From: Dehalococcoidia bacterium
Lineage (GTDB): Bacteria > Chloroflexota > Dehalococcoidia > Plut-88900
NCBI GenBank assembly: GCA_965197645.1
Contig: OZ240219.1
Location: forward strand, 736,001-800,000
DNA: 64,000 nt
Direction of reading: 5' to 3'
Program-made: the position numbers and the translations under genes
Notes under the pieces: generated by a model
What the model was told of the DNA's origin: nothing
Databases searched by the model: none
What the model saw: only the letters and a program-made list of their open reading frames with translations
In this document: positions 49,075 to 61,046 of the stretch, piece by piece
Layout: each line of letters starts with the position of its first letter
How positions within the stretch are numbered: position 1 is the stretch's first letter

Positions 49075-49332
49075 ATGCTCAGGATAAGACTGCGTAGAAT
49101 AGGTGCCAAGAAGAAACCCCAGTACCGCGTGGTGGTTGCGGACAAGCGGTCCCCACGTGACGGGGCCTTCGTGGAGACCATAGGCCACTACAATCCGCTT
49201 CCGGATCCTCCTAACCTGGTAATCAACGAAGAGAAGGCTCTCAAATGGCTGCGGCAGGGCGCGCAGCCCAGTGATACCGCCGCAAAGCTACTGAACCGGT
49301 TGGGAATCTTAGAGAAGGTCAAGGAGCGGTGA
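49075..49332 (+). CDS. rpsP: 30S ribosomal protein S16
   Basis: [42 protein letters not shown]. Confidence 0.97.
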   Translation: MLRIRLRRIGAKKKPQYRVVVADKRSPRDGAFVETIGHYNPLPDPPNLVINEEKALKWLRQGAQPSDTAAKLLNRLGILEKVKER

Positions 49333-49556
49333 AGGAGCTCATCGAGTACATCGCCAAGTCCATAGCAGATGCGCCGGACGAGGTGAAGGTGACCGAGGTG
49401 GAGGAGGAGGACCGGATAGTCATCCGGCTGGAGGTCCACCCCGACGACAAGGGCAAGGTGATCGGGCGGCAGGGCCGGGTTGCTCAGGCCATGCGCACCC
49501 TCCTCAGGGTGGCCGCAGTCAAGCAGGGCGTAAGGGCAATCCTGGAGATAGTCTGA
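49329..49556 (+). CDS. khpA: KH domain RNA-binding protein
   Basis: [11 protein letters not shown] motif; rpsP-KH-rimM order. Confidence 0.93.
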   Translation: MKELIEYIAKSIADAPDEVKVTEVEEEDRIVIRLEVHPDDKGKVIGRQGRVAQAMRTLLRVAAVKQGVRAILEIV

Positions 49557-49566
49557 AGCCCGCGAC

Positions 49567-50076
49567 TTGACCAAACATTCCCCTACTTCCGGCCCCATAG
49601 CCATCGCCAGGGTCCTCAAGCCCATAGGCCTCAGAGGACAGGTCCTGGTGGAACCCCTGACCGATTTCCCCGACCGTTTCTCGCCCGGCAAGGCGCTCCT
49701 GCTCGAAGGCGAGCCCCGCACGATCCAGAGCTCCAGCCGGCGAAAAGCTCGATGGGCTCTGAAGCTGGAGGGAATCGACTCTCGCACCGATGCCGAATCC
49801 CTTCGGGACATGGTGCTCCATATCGAAGAGTCCGACATCCATGACCTGGGTCCTCGCCAGTACTACCGTTTCCAACTGCTGGGACTCGAAGTGTATACTG
49901 TCGACGGGCAGCTTCTCGGAGAGATATCAGACGTGCTCGAGACAGGCAGCAACGACGTTTACGTGGTGGCCCGGTCCGAGGGCGAGCTTCTGATCCCTGC
50001 CACCTCGGACGTGGTCCGGGAGATCGACCTGGAGGGTGGCAGGCTGGTTGCGGACGTGCCCACCACGACAGGCTAA
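49567..50076 (+). CDS. rimM: Ribosome maturation factor RimM
   Basis: GLRGQV, YY.FQLLGLEV, ETGSNDVYVV, LLIP. Confidence 0.93.
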   Translation: MTKHSPTSGPIAIARVLKPIGLRGQVLVEPLTDFPDRFSPGKALLLEGEPRTIQSSSRRKARWALKLEGIDSRTDAESLRDMVLHIEESDIHDLGPRQYYRFQLLGLEVYTVDGQLLGEISDVLETGSNDVYVVARSEGELLIPATSDVVREIDLEGGRLVADVPTTTG

Positions 50077-50361
50077 TCTACCGCTGTCCGTCCTCCCGTA
50101 ATCCCCGGCAAGTTTGGCACAGCTTGAGCCTCGTCCGTGGGTGTGTCTCCGTGGGTGCTGCAATCGCCTTACCAATGTTTACCAAGACCGCTGTAGTCGA
50201 TATTAGGAACTAAGAGGTATAATTCGGTGTTCTCACCGAATTCTGCGTGACCTCCTCGACCCCGCCCTCACGCTCCGTATAGTCAGTAGTCACTACCTTC
50301 GTCTTGCACGCTGTTGCTATGGGAACGCAGCAGAGGGGATAAGCCGGATTTGGGCTACAGC

Positions 50362-51522
50362 ATGAGGAACATCATTCCAAAAGCCTGGATTGGCCGCACC
50401 CAAGGCCAACATGAGGGATCCAGCAAGGCAGTTCGGCTGGTGTTTGCATTGGCCGGTATAAGCCTCCTAGTCTTGACGGCTTGCCTAAGGGATACAGGAA
50501 TAAGAGACGTGGGCGTTACTGAAAATAGTTTCGTCATCGTCAGATCATTTGAGTACAGCACTTCCCCACATGATTACCGTGAGGAGAAGGAAGACTATTA
50601 TACGAGCGAGGACGGTGGACGTACGTGGATGTACAATGGGTCATACACGAGCCACGACGGTGGCTATACTTGGGGGTTCAGTGGGCCAGGTCGGGACTGG
50701 GAGCGGGATTTAATCCTGTGGGGTGACGACACAGCTCAGACCCCCCGCGGGGTATTCTACATCCACGAATCCGGCGTCTCCCTGGAGACTGCAAGCCATA
50801 CCAAGGTCGCCTACTCAACCGAGCACCTAAAGTTTCCAGGCAATGAGACCCAGCAACGGCTATCCACAAGACGTCTAGGCACAAGGGAGCTTGCTTCTGC
50901 ACCGCGAGGCATCTTATACGATGAAGACAGTGGGAATGTCATTGTGGCGCTGGGGATTCAAGGTGTCATAGTTGGATATTCTGATGGAAACTGGGAGAGG
51001 ATCGCCGTGGGCGCCTACAAGCCGACCGATTTCTCCTTCGGGGCCAAGCTTTCAACTGCCTTCGGCGAACCTGCATTTTGGCCAACTGCGGTCAGCATAT
51101 CTATCGCTTTGGTGGCCGCAGCTCTGATGTTTTCTCGAGACCATAGTTATGCAAGGTGGTTTCTCGTGTTTTTAGCGACAGCAGTTCCACTGGGGTTTTC
51201 TTTCATAGCCCTGCTCATTCTTTATGCAGACGGAGCCCCAGAGGATTTCACAGCCAGAGCCATTTTGGCCGCATCCATACCGGCTATACTAGCTGTGGTT
51301 ACTGGGCTAACAGTAGCCGCCTTTGTCCCCCCAATACCCAGACACGTTCCGCTGGCGCTTGGTGCGATACTACTCATGATCGGGTTGTTTGGGTTGGCCT
51401 TCTTAATTGACGCATCTTCGCTTTTCCTGCTGTGGACCGGCAAGTTGTACGCATCACTGCTGATGGTTGCGATAGCAGTGACATTAGGATGCTACCTTCG
51501 GAGCAAGTACACGGCAGACTAA
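50362..51522 (+). CDS. Hypothetical membrane protein (exported domain with Asp-box motifs, multi-TM C-terminus)
   Basis: Long ORF, lipobox-like VLTAC, SEDGGRTW/SHDGGYTW, about five C-terminal TM helices; lower GC; start uncertain. Confidence 0.7.
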   Translation: MRNIIPKAWIGRTQGQHEGSSKAVRLVFALAGISLLVLTACLRDTGIRDVGVTENSFVIVRSFEYSTSPHDYREEKEDYYTSEDGGRTWMYNGSYTSHDGGYTWGFSGPGRDWERDLILWGDDTAQTPRGVFYIHESGVSLETASHTKVAYSTEHLKFPGNETQQRLSTRRLGTRELASAPRGILYDEDSGNVIVALGIQGVIVGYSDGNWERIAVGAYKPTDFSFGAKLSTAFGEPAFWPTAVSISIALVAAALMFSRDHSYARWFLVFLATAVPLGFSFIALLILYADGAPEDFTARAILAASIPAILAVVTGLTVAAFVPPIPRHVPLALGAILLMIGLFGLAFLIDASSLFLLWTGKLYASLLMVAIAVTLGCYLRSKYTAD

Positions 51523-51665
51523 ACCCTAAGATCCCCTCGGTCGCCGACTTCTGGCCGGGATGCCGGTAACAAATGTATAATGGGGCCCCATACTCTTCCA
51601 TCATTCCGGAAGGAGTTGCGCGCCATTTCAGTGCACTCCAAACGCTTCCCCATCGCGAGGCGGCA

Positions 51666-52823
51666 ATGACATCTTCATTCACCAGTTCACTGTTCAGCGA
51701 GGCGGAGTACCGCCGTCGTCTTAGGGCCACCCAGACCGCGATCATCGAGCGGGGCGCTGATCTCGCCCTGGTCCACCAGCCGGAGCACCTCTACTATCTC
51801 ACCGGTTTTCCCGGCCCAGGCGCGGGCTACGGCTTCCACCAGGTCTGCATCGTCCCCGCCGAGGGCGACCCCGTCGTCGTTCTGCGAAAGATGGAGGAGC
51901 AGGCCTTCCTGGTCACGACTTGGGTGAAGGACTACTACGCTTACAACGACTACGAGGACCCGGTGGATACCATCAGGAAGGCGATGGAGGAGCACGGGTT
52001 CGCCGATAAGACGGCGGCGGTGGAGTACGACTCCTGGGCCCTGACCCATACCCGGCTCAACCGTATCAAGGAAGCCCTCCCTCGCCTCAAGCTCGTCGAT
52101 TTCTCACGGGTCCTATGGTACCTGCGCCAGGTCAAGTCCGATGAGGAGCTGGCCTACATCCAACGTGCGGCGGACATCGCCATCGTGACCATGAAGAAGG
52201 TGATCGACACCGTCGAGGAGGGACGGACGGAGCACGACATACAGATGATGGTGCGCCAGGTCTACCATGACGAGGGGGCCGACGGCCAGTCGGGCGGGAC
52301 CTTCAACTCCGGCAACAACATCCGCTTCGTCCACGCCTCGCCCACCAAGCGAGTCCTCGGAAAAGGCGACATCCTGAACACCGAGCTGACGCCCGTGGTG
52401 CAGAACTACCACGCCCGGTTCCAGCGCTCCACCGTCATCGGCGAGCCTACCGACGAGCAGATGCGTATCGCCCGGGTGGTGGAAGAGGCCCAGTCCGACG
52501 CCATCGCCCTCATGAGGCCAGGCGCCCTGGCCCGGGACGTCGATCATGCCGTTCGGTCGAAGATCGAGAGGGAGGGAGTGAAGGGCGAGTGGGAGAGCCC
52601 CTACTACAACATATCGGGGTACACGCTGGGGATCATCATGATGCCCTGGATATCCGATTTCAGCCGGGTGTTCCTGCCCACCTCGGACTGGGTGCTGCAG
52701 GAGGGCAACGTCTATCACCTCTACTGCTGGGCCCAGGGCATCGCCTTCAGCGAGACCGTCCACGTCACCGCCGACGGGCCGGAACTGATGACCAAGATGG
52801 AGCGCAAGCTCTACGTCAAGTGA
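51666..52823 (+). CDS. M24 / creatinase-like hydrolase (ectoine hydrolase-like)
   Basis: EYRRRL, LYYLTGF, RQVKSDEELAY, pita-bread C-terminal domain. Confidence 0.88.
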   Translation: MTSSFTSSLFSEAEYRRRLRATQTAIIERGADLALVHQPEHLYYLTGFPGPGAGYGFHQVCIVPAEGDPVVVLRKMEEQAFLVTTWVKDYYAYNDYEDPVDTIRKAMEEHGFADKTAAVEYDSWALTHTRLNRIKEALPRLKLVDFSRVLWYLRQVKSDEELAYIQRAADIAIVTMKKVIDTVEEGRTEHDIQMMVRQVYHDEGADGQSGGTFNSGNNIRFVHASPTKRVLGKGDILNTELTPVVQNYHARFQRSTVIGEPTDEQMRIARVVEEAQSDAIALMRPGALARDVDHAVRSKIEREGVKGEWESPYYNISGYTLGIIMMPWISDFSRVFLPTSDWVLQEGNVYHLYCWAQGIAFSETVHVTADGPELMTKMERKLYVK

Positions 52824-52844
52824 CCGGGGCCTCGCTGCCCGCTC

Positions 52845-53228
52845 CTACCCAGGCATGCCGGCAGTGACCGTGATCTCGACCAGCAGCTCCGGCGAGTTCA
52901 GCATCACCTCCACCGTCGTCCTTGCCGGCTTGTTGGTCGGGAAGTACTCCCCGTACATGTCGTTGTAGTCGGCCAGGTCCTCCCTCCTGGTGAGGTAGGA
53001 CGTCACCGTTAGCACGTTGTCCAGCGAAGTGCCCGCCGCCTCCAGGACCGTCTTGATCCTCTCGATGGTGTAGCGGGTCTGCTCTCTCACGTCCTTCCCC
53101 AGCTCTCCTGTAACCGGGTGCCGGCCCGTCTGCCCGGCTGCGAACACCAAGTCGCCGTACCTTGTCGCCGGCGACAGGTTCGGGTTCTGGGCCGCCAGAT
53201 CCACGTTTACTATCTCTTTCCTAGGCAT
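52845..53228 (-). CDS. RidA/YjgF family protein
   Basis: FAAGQ, AAGTSLDNV, PARTTV, LVEI. Confidence 0.92.
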   Translation of the reverse strand: MPRKEIVNVDLAAQNPNLSPATRYGDLVFAAGQTGRHPVTGELGKDVREQTRYTIERIKTVLEAAGTSLDNVLTVTSYLTRREDLADYNDMYGEYFPTNKPARTTVEVMLNSPELLVEITVTAGMPG

Positions 53229-53334
53229 TTCACGTCCTCCTCAAACGAGATTCCTTCTTTCACTCCGATATCCCCTGGGCGAAGGAGGACCTCCACTCCG
53301 AGACCGTCTTTCGGCTTGAGCTGTCGCAAGGCCG

Positions 53335-54531
53335 CTAAATCACTCCCTCGTCCCTCATCTCCACGATCTCTTTCCACGGGTGCCCGTACTCCAGCAACAC
53401 CTCTTCCGTATGTTGTCCCGGCTCCGGCGCCGGCCGGCGAGCCCGCACCTCGCTCTTGCTGAACCTCACCGGCATCTCTATCGTCTCATAGCTCCCCAAC
53501 ACCGGATGCTCCAGCGAAGCCAGATAGCCGTTGGCCCGCACCTGGGGGTCGTCAATCACCTCGGTCAGCTCCTGCACCGGGTCCCAGATGACCTCGTTTT
53601 CGTCCAGAATCCGCCCCCACTCGTCCCGGTCCTTCGTGGCGAATATTCCATCGAAAATCCCGATCAGCTCTTCGTTCCGAGCAGCCAGCCCTTCGAAGGT
53701 AGCCAGCTCCGGATCCCGGGCCAGGTCCAGTCGACCCAACGCCCGGCACAGCCTGGGCCAGTAGAGGGTGTGCTGGTTATCCATCATCAACCACTTGCCG
53801 TCCCCGGCCTGGTAATAGTTCCACATCGGATTGGGCGCTTGAGTCCTGATCGGCGCCCGGCTGGGGTTCCTTCGAGACACCAGCGATGCCTGAATGTCCG
53901 TTCCCAGCACCCACAACCCCGTGTTCAGCAGTGACCCCGATATCTCCTGCCCTTCGCCCGTTCTATCCCGTTCGTATAGGGCTGCCAGCACCCCCGATAC
54001 CATCGCCAGCGACGCCGTATGGTCCCCCATGCCGCCCCGCTGAATTACCGGAGGCTCTCCCGGGTCACCCATGAGGCCCATGATGCCGGACCGAGCCCAG
54101 TAGGCCACGTAGTCCAGCCCCAGCCGGTCCTTGTGCGGCCCCCTGTCACCATAGGCAGTAAAAGACATGTATATCAGCCGGGGGTTGCTCTTCGATAGGT
54201 CGTCGTATGCCAGCCTGTACCGCTCTCTTCGCTGGGGCACCAGATTTGTGATGAACACGTCGGATTTTTCGGCTATGTCCACCACCACCCGCCTGGCCTT
54301 CTCCCGGCCCAGGTCGAGAGTGATGCTTCTCTTGTTGCGGTTGTCCACTTCGAAGCTGTAGTTCTGGTCGAACCCCATCGACCCGTCGACGTATCCCCGC
54401 CACGGATCCCCCTGTGGTGGCTCGACCTTGATTACCTCGGCGCCCATGTCCCCCAGCAGGGCGCCGGTTGCCGGCGCTGCCAGCCAGTTAGCCACCTCCA
54501 GCACCTTTATCCCGTCCAGCGGCCCCTTCAT
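53335..54531 (-). CDS. CaiB/BaiF family III CoA-transferase
   Basis: GPLDGIKVLE, GAEVIKVEPP.GD, NRNKRSITLDL, PGQHTEEVL. Confidence 0.94.
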   Translation of the reverse strand: MKGPLDGIKVLEVANWLAAPATGALLGDMGAEVIKVEPPQGDPWRGYVDGSMGFDQNYSFEVDNRNKRSITLDLGREKARRVVVDIAEKSDVFITNLVPQRRERYRLAYDDLSKSNPRLIYMSFTAYGDRGPHKDRLGLDYVAYWARSGIMGLMGDPGEPPVIQRGGMGDHTASLAMVSGVLAALYERDRTGEGQEISGSLLNTGLWVLGTDIQASLVSRRNPSRAPIRTQAPNPMWNYYQAGDGKWLMMDNQHTLYWPRLCRALGRLDLARDPELATFEGLAARNEELIGIFDGIFATKDRDEWGRILDENEVIWDPVQELTEVIDDPQVRANGYLASLEHPVLGSYETIEMPVRFSKSEVRARRPAPEPGQHTEEVLLEYGHPWKEIVEMRDEGVI

Positions 54532-54658
54532 GCCTTGCCTCCTAGTAGTAGACGGCCCCAGTTTACACCTCCAATCCGCCTCTTCTGGCCGGGATGCCGG
54601 TGAAGAATGTATAATGGGAGTCCACACTCTTCCATCACTGCGGGTGGAGGTATCAGCC

Positions 54659-55417
54659 ATGTCAGGACATTCCAAATGGTCGACGATCAAGAGGCAAAAG
54701 GGCGCCAACGACGCCAAGCGAGGCCAGCTGTTTACCAAGCTGGGCCGCGAGATATCCGTTGCTGTCCGCCAGGGCGGCCCCGACCAGGACGCTAACTTCC
54801 GGCTTCGTCTCGCCGTCCAGAAGGCCCGGGACAACAACATGCCCCTGGACAACATCGAGCGGGCCATCAAGAAGGCCGCAGGTCAGAGCGGAAACGGCGA
54901 CCAGCTTCACGAGGCTACCTACGAGGGCTACGGGCCCGGCGGCGCCGCCCTCCTTCTCCAGGTGCTCACCGACAACCGCAACCGCGCTGTCGCTGAGATC
55001 CGCAGCACCCTGACCCGAAACGGCGGCAATCTGGGTGAGTCTGGGTCTGTTGCGTGGAACTTCGACTCTAAAGGGGTCATCGTCATCGAGACGGAGCCGG
55101 ACCTGGCGGAAGATGCGGCCATGGAGTCCATAGACGCCGGCGCCGACGATTTCAAGCTAGAAGACTCCATACTGGAGGTCTACACCACCCCCCAGGACCT
55201 GGAGCCGGTCCGTCGCGCCCTCGAGGACAAGGAGATCGCCATCCAGTCCGCCGAGATGGCCATGGTGCCCAAGAATGTCATCATGCTCAACCAGCAGGTG
55301 GCCTCTCAAACCCTACGGCTCCTCGACAAGCTGGAGGACCTGGACGATATCCAGAGGATATTCAGCAACGCCGACTTCCCTCCCGAAGTGCTGGAGGCCT
55401 ACCGCAAGGAGAGCTAG
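54659..55417 (+). CDS. yebC: YebC/PmpR family protein
   Basis: MSGHSKWSTIKRQKG, YEGYGPGG, TDNRNR. Confidence 0.96.
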   Translation: MSGHSKWSTIKRQKGANDAKRGQLFTKLGREISVAVRQGGPDQDANFRLRLAVQKARDNNMPLDNIERAIKKAAGQSGNGDQLHEATYEGYGPGGAALLLQVLTDNRNRAVAEIRSTLTRNGGNLGESGSVAWNFDSKGVIVIETEPDLAEDAAMESIDAGADDFKLEDSILEVYTTPQDLEPVRRALEDKEIAIQSAEMAMVPKNVIMLNQQVASQTLRLLDKLEDLDDIQRIFSNADFPPEVLEAYRKES

Positions 55418-55434
55418 CGCTCCGCCGCTGTAGT

Positions 55435-55944
55435 ATGAGGGTACTCGGAATCGACCCCGGCACCATCAACATGGGCTATGGAGTCATCGACCAGACTTCC
55501 GATAGGCCCTCCCTCGCTCAGTGCGGTGTCCTCAAGGCACCCTCCGGTATGGCCATAGAGGAGAGATTGCAGCAGCTCTACTCCGCACTGGTGGAGATAA
55601 TCGACGAGGTCCAGCCCGACCATGTGGCCATCGAGGAACCCTTTGTCAGCCGGAACGTCCGTTCTGCCATGATGATAGGTGAAGCGAAGGCCATCGCCAG
55701 TCTGGCCGCCACCGGACACAGCATCCCGGTGTCCCGTTACTCGCCCCGAAAGGTGAAGCAGGCGGTCTCCGGCTACGGCGGAGGCAGCAAGGAGCAGGTC
55801 CAGGAGATGGTCCGCCTGCAGCTGGGACTGGACGCTTCGCCCGAACCACTGGACGCCTCCGACGCCATAGCCGTGGCCCTGTGTCATCTCCACCAGCTAT
55901 CCTTGGGGCTTCTCCTGGCCGAATCCCAGGAGGGACGGCCTTGA
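55435..55944 (+). CDS. ruvC: Holliday junction resolvase RuvC
   Basis: LGIDPG, AIEE, KQAVSGYG..SKEQV, DASDAIAVA. Confidence 0.96.
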   Translation: MRVLGIDPGTINMGYGVIDQTSDRPSLAQCGVLKAPSGMAIEERLQQLYSALVEIIDEVQPDHVAIEEPFVSRNVRSAMMIGEAKAIASLAATGHSIPVSRYSPRKVKQAVSGYGGGSKEQVQEMVRLQLGLDASPEPLDASDAIAVALCHLHQLSLGLLLAESQEGRP

Positions 55945-56522
55945 TATCCAGCCTGCAGGGCGATCTGGAGGCCATCGGAGACAGGGAGGTGGTGGTCGAT
56001 ATCGGTCCCATGAGCCTGAGCGTGCAGGCGCCCACGTCGACCATCAGCATCCTGGGCAGCGTGGGAGAGCGGGTAAAGCTCCTCACCCACCTGTATCTCA
56101 AAGAGGACGTCCTGGCCCTCTACGGGTTCGCCACCAAGGACGAGCTGGAGCTCTTCGAGGCTGTCATAGGGGTGGGCGGGGTTGGGCCTCGTATGGCCCT
56201 TTCTCTCCTCTCGGCCATGTCCCCCGAGCGGCTGGCCGGCGCTATAACCTCCGGCGATATCCAGCAGCTGACCCAGGTCAGCGGGCTGGGCAAGAAGATT
56301 GCCGGCCGGCTGGTGCTGGAGCTGAAGGGAAAGCTGGAGAAAGAGTGGGGCGAGACCACGGCGCCCGCCGCGGAGGACCAGGAAGACGTGGTGGCCGCCT
56401 TAACGGCCTTGGGCTACGCTCCATCCGAGGCCCGGTCTGCCGTCGCCCAGATCCAGCTGGCCCCCGACACGGAGCTGGAGGAGCGGGTCCGCTTGGTCCT
56501 TCAGTCCCTCGGCGCCAGATAG
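55941..56522 (+). CDS. ruvA: Holliday junction DNA-binding protein RuvA
   Basis: TTG start after GGAGG; LYGF, GVGPRMAL, GLGKKIAGRLVLELK, ALTALGY. Confidence 0.95.
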   Translation: MISSLQGDLEAIGDREVVVDIGPMSLSVQAPTSTISILGSVGERVKLLTHLYLKEDVLALYGFATKDELELFEAVIGVGGVGPRMALSLLSAMSPERLAGAITSGDIQQLTQVSGLGKKIAGRLVLELKGKLEKEWGETTAPAAEDQEDVVAALTALGYAPSEARSAVAQIQLAPDTELEERVRLVLQSLGAR

Positions 56523-56566
56523 CACCACTCCTCATGGGAGACCTCAGATATCAAGGGAGGCCCGAT

Positions 56567-56854
56567 ATGCGCATAGAACCGTCCAGCCAGAGAAAGCTGC
56601 CCAGGCCTTTCCAGCTCCCCTGGGGCAAGGGGGTAGTTGCAGAGGAGGTCAGCGTGACCCGGCCACACTGGGAGCCAACCATCCAGCTCCTGGAGTACGA
56701 GGACGGCTCCCGAGCCCTGCGCTTCTGCTACTACCACGGGCCTCGCTTCGGACGCGGCCCGATGATCCTCGATGCCGAAGACATCGTCGAGATGAAAGTG
56801 GCCGCAGAGCAGGACGCCCCCAGGATCAGGGAGCTTCTTGAGGGGTTCGGTTAA
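56567..56854 (+). CDS. Conserved-looking hypothetical protein (95 aa)
   Basis: GGGAGG SD, host-like codon usage, fills the gap after ruvA. Confidence 0.7.
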   Translation: MRIEPSSQRKLPRPFQLPWGKGVVAEEVSVTRPHWEPTIQLLEYEDGSRALRFCYYHGPRFGRGPMILDAEDIVEMKVAAEQDAPRIRELLEGFG

Positions 56855-56920
56855 ATCCGTAGCCTACCAACTGTGATAGACTAGGCCGCTCCATTCATTC
56901 CCATCCGGGAGACGATAGAC

Positions 56921-57391
56921 ATGGCAATGCGCCGCCTCCAGACGACCCTCATCGTGCTTGGCTTCACTCTCCTACTAGCCCTCATCGGCTGCGGCGGGGC
57001 CTCGGAGTCCAGCGAGCTTAGCAGGAGCTCGGACTCCAACGAGCACAGCCTAGGCTCGGAGTCCAGCGAGCACGAGCAAGGCTCGGATTCCGGGGAAGAC
57101 GGTGAAGAATCCGGCACTCAGCTGGCCCTCGGCGATACCTTTGACCAGGTGCGAGCGGGAGCCCGGCTCGTCCTGTCGTATGACTCCACTGCCAACGCCT
57201 TCAAGGGCACGGTTGAGAACACCACGGAGGCCACACTGCGCCAGGTCAGGGTCGAAGTCCATCTTTCGAACGGAACCGAGTTGGGCCCGACAACTCCGGT
57301 CGACCTCGCTCCCGGTCAGATAGTGGAGATCACTCTCCCGGCGGGAAGCGAACCCTTCACCACGTGGAGCGCTCACCCGGAAGTCGGCTGA
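56921..57391 (+). CDS. Lipoprotein with Ser/Glu/His linker repeats and C-terminal beta-sandwich domain
   Basis: Lipobox LIGC; GTVENTT..VRVEVHLSNG..LAPGQ. Confidence 0.75.
   Translation: MAMRRLQTTLIVLGFTLLLALIGCGGASESSELSRSSDSNEHSLGSESSEHEQGSDSGEDGEESGTQLALGDTFDQVRAGARLVLSYDSTANAFKGTVENTTEATLRQVRVEVHLSNGTELGPTTPVDLAPGQIVEITLPAGSEPFTTWSAHPEVG
57001..57091 (+). repeat. 27-bp in-frame tandem repeat (about 3.3 units)
   Basis: CTCGGA(G/C)TCCA(G/A)CGAGC... recurs every 27 bp. Confidence 0.75.
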
Positions 57392-57640
57392 TTCCTAGAC
57401 CACCGGCACAACCTGGACACTACCGCTCGGCATAGGCACCGGGGTGCCGGACGCGATCAAAGCTACGAGCCCGGTCCGGAGGTGGCTGATGGAAAAGCGC
57501 TCCGGCATGGAGATTGCGGCCATCAACCCCCTTCTGTCCAGCCACGAAATGTGTTACAATATTTTTGTGAAAAGTTTTGAAACGGCATGACTAAACAGGT
57601 CGTTTCAACCGTGAGATGACCCTGGAGCTACGGCGCCTGA

Positions 57641-60181
<2,541 letters not shown>

Positions 60182-60188
60182 TCCCTCT

Positions 60189-60425
60189 CTACCTCGCCAG
60201 CAACGCCTCGATCCTCGCTTGGTTGAAGTCGGTTACCACGTACCCATCGATGTCCCATACCGGAGTGCGTATCCGTCCCGTCAGCTTTCTCAGGGCGTAC
60301 TTGGCCCGGTTGTCCTTGGACACGCTCACCTCTTCGTAGTCGATAGCTTTGTCCGCCAGGAACCTCCTGGCTGCACTACACACCTTTCAGGTACGAGTCG
60401 TGTAGACCTTGATGCGCTTCGGCAT
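60189..60425 (-). CDS. Selenocysteine-containing glutaredoxin-like protein, 78 aa
   Basis: ATG 60425 after GGAG/AGGA; MPKRIKVYTTRT-TGA(60387-60389)-KVC then glutaredoxin fold with RTPV cis-Pro; hairpin after UGA. Confidence 0.88.
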
Positions 60426-60439
60426 ATCATCCTCTCCTG

Positions 60440-61045
60440 TCACGAAGCCCGGTATATCCCTTCATTCCTTATGTACCGCTCCACGGCCTCAGGCACCAGG
60501 TACCTGATGGACAGTCCCTCGCGGACCCTGCGGCGTATGTCCGACGAACTGATATCCACCTGGATGTTCTCAATGGAGCACACCCGGTCCCTCAAACCAG
60601 GGACCGAATCATCTAGCGCCTGGGTTTCCAGTCTCGTGTAGCCCGGCCTTCTCATCGCGGCCAACCTGCACAGCTGCAGTATCCTATCCGGGCTCTTCCA
60701 CCTATCCAGCTCGGTCAGGGCGTCCAGCCCGATTATGAAGTAGAGCTCAACGCCGCTGCTGAGCCTGCTTGTCAACTCCTCCAGGGTATCGACGGTGTAC
60801 GTGGGGCCATCTCGCTCCAGCTCCAGGGTATCAATGCAAAAGAGAGGATCGCCTTCCAATGCTAGACGCAGCATCTTCAACCTGGTACAGGCTGGGGATA
60901 CATAGCTGGCTTCCTTGAACCGCGGGTTTCCCGCCGGCACGAACATTACCCGGTCCAGCGCCAGCTGCTCCGCCGCCTCCTCAGCGATAATCAGGTGACC
61001 GAGGTGAACAGGATCGAAGGTGCCGCCCAGGATTCCAACTTTCAT
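60440..61045 (-). CDS. nadD: Nicotinate-nucleotide adenylyltransferase
   Basis: GGTFDPVHLGH, TYTVDT, ISSSDIR. Confidence 0.97.
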   Translation of the reverse strand: MKVGILGGTFDPVHLGHLIIAEEAAEQLALDRVMFVPAGNPRFKEASYVSPACTRLKMLRLALEGDPLFCIDTLELERDGPTYTVDTLEELTSRLSSGVELYFIIGLDALTELDRWKSPDRILQLCRLAAMRRPGYTRLETQALDDSVPGLRDRVCSIENIQVDISSSDIRRRVREGLSIRYLVPEAVERYIRNEGIYRAS

Positions 61046-61046
61046 T

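Noticed and set aside
55941-56854. Absence of ruvB after ruvA, trmD after rimM, dnaN after dnaA, and partners of the Mo-hydroxylase large subunit
   Set aside because: These genes are often unlinked; absence from a 64-kb window says nothing about the genome.
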